NCBI GenBank assembly: GCA_032718475.1
Contig: JAUCBJ010005318.1
Coordinates: 495 to 64,494 of the forward strand
Origin: Nemertoderma westbladi
Taxonomy: Eukaryota > Animalia > Xenacoelomorpha
Length of the DNA: 64,000 bases
Direction: 5' to 3'
Part shown: positions 62,700 to 64,000 of the stretch, one piece after another
Numbering within the stretch: position 1 is the stretch's first letter
Layout: each line of letters begins with the position of its first letter
Notes under the pieces: model-generated
What the model was told of the DNA's origin: nothing
The model's input: the letters and a program-made list of their open reading frames with translations, nothing else
Database searches by the model: none
Program-made: the position numbers and the translations under genes

Positions 62700-63300
62700 G
62701 TGACTGAACTGGCTGACTGGGTAAGGAAGGGTACGGTACTGACAGATAGCGGTAACTATGTAGGTAGGCCTAATATATCCTATCGTCGTAGTTACAGTCC
62801 AGTAGTCAGGTAGTAGGTAGGCCTAGGGCCTAGCTACAGTGCTACAGCTACACTGTACTGCTGTACTGTAGTACATGTACAAGTACAGTACAGGAGTACT
62901 GCAGTAGTAGGCATATTAGTGCTAGTAGTCAAGTACAGAAGTAGTGCTAGTACAGTAGTACAAGTACAGTTACAGTAGCCTGGTAGTAGGCCCAAGTTAC
63001 CGTCAGGCGTTAGGATTAATTATGCAGTACTGAATTAATTGAGATAACTGCAGTACAGCAGTACCACTTACCAAGCGCGGTAGGCCTATTGCAGTAGTAC
63101 CGTAACCAGTAACGGGAGCAGGGTACAGGGTAGGCCTAGGCCATGGTAGGCCTAATGAAGTACTCAGGTACTGCAGTACTGCATAAGCATATTGAAGTAG
63201 GAAAAAACATTTTCTTACTCTTCACTGTTGCACTGTAACACTGCAGCACTGTGCGCTGTACAGCTGTATGACTGCTGGACTCAGGACTGTAACAACATCA
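62700..63300 (-). promoter_or_regulatory. Probable RWDD1 promoter/5' region, dense in TACAGTA/TACTGTA/TAGGCCTA words
   Basis: Lies directly upstream of the ATG; same composition as the TOMM22 5' region (30860-31380) and 37560-37900. Confidence 0.5.
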
Positions 63301-63409
63301 ACCATGGCACCATGGACAGGTGAAATAAATCAATGAATGTTTGCAATTCAAATTTCCCGCCATAGCCTCTTATCTCATGTATCTGTATTATTACAGGTTG
63401 TGTATTTTG

Positions 63410-63825
63410 TGTATTATCACTGGAGCTCTGCTGCTCAGGTTCCTGCAGCTATTATTAGTTTGTTTGTTTGTGGCTGGCTGGCTGGCCTGGTTTAATGTTC
63501 GAATGCTAATAAGTCGGTCAATCATGGATGAGATGAAATGGAACCAAACTTGGTACACATTTATCAATATTCTACACACACAAACAGTATTCTATAGTTC
63601 CTCTGTCTGCCGCAAGGGGGCGAATTGACAGAAACGTAAAAGTAGCTGTAATTATAGAACCAACCATCAGATTCATCTGAAATTTGGTAGTAGTGAGGCA
63701 AGGTAGTAACCAACAAGCATTGCTTAATTATAAATTCTTCACACAGATACACTTTTACAGTTCCTCTGTCTGCCGAAGGAAGGCGAATTGTCTGAGCCCT
63801 TGTTCATCATGCTTAGCGCGACTTA
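63410..63825 (-). repeat. Dispersed repeat family copy (see 17935-18290)
   Basis: Reverse-complement similarity to 17935-18290. Confidence 0.85.
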
Positions 63826-64000
63826 ATTATTAATAAATAAACTAACCCAAAGTGATGATTACATTTTAAACGGAAATTTTCTTAGAGGTTTTGTGGAATT
63901 TCAGGCTTAGTTCTATTGACACGAAGGGGCCGATTGGATTCGGAGTGCCCTTCAACAATAATCCAATATAACTATGTTAGTAATTCTTCAATATACAGTA

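Overview
AT-rich, repeat-dense metazoan (probably invertebrate) nuclear DNA. The left third is a young 15.7-kb BEL/Pao LTR retrotransposon (1499-17187, minus strand, about 1.26-kb LTRs, GGTAG target-site duplication) inserted into an old non-LTR retrotransposon remnant. Host genes are an intronless RBBP9-like hydrolase lacking its catalytic Ser, TOMM22 (2 coding exons, missed by the ORF track), two tandemly duplicated GT31 beta-1,3-glycosyltransferase genes and RWDD1. Also present are a 5'-truncated RTE-type LINE nested in a hAT-type non-autonomous element, a degenerate PIF/Harbinger transposon, several MITEs, two minisatellites and two tRNA-derived short elements. Two observations stand out. 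(1) The BEL element has no tRNA-type primer-binding site; the 12 nt flush with its 5' LTR are instead exactly complementary to a 12-mer inside its own LTR, the geometry of Tf1-style self-priming. (2) One tRNA-derived short element has its anticodon arm replaced by a minimal type I hammerhead ribozyme. All calls come from reading the sequence by eye; no searches or folding programs were run.
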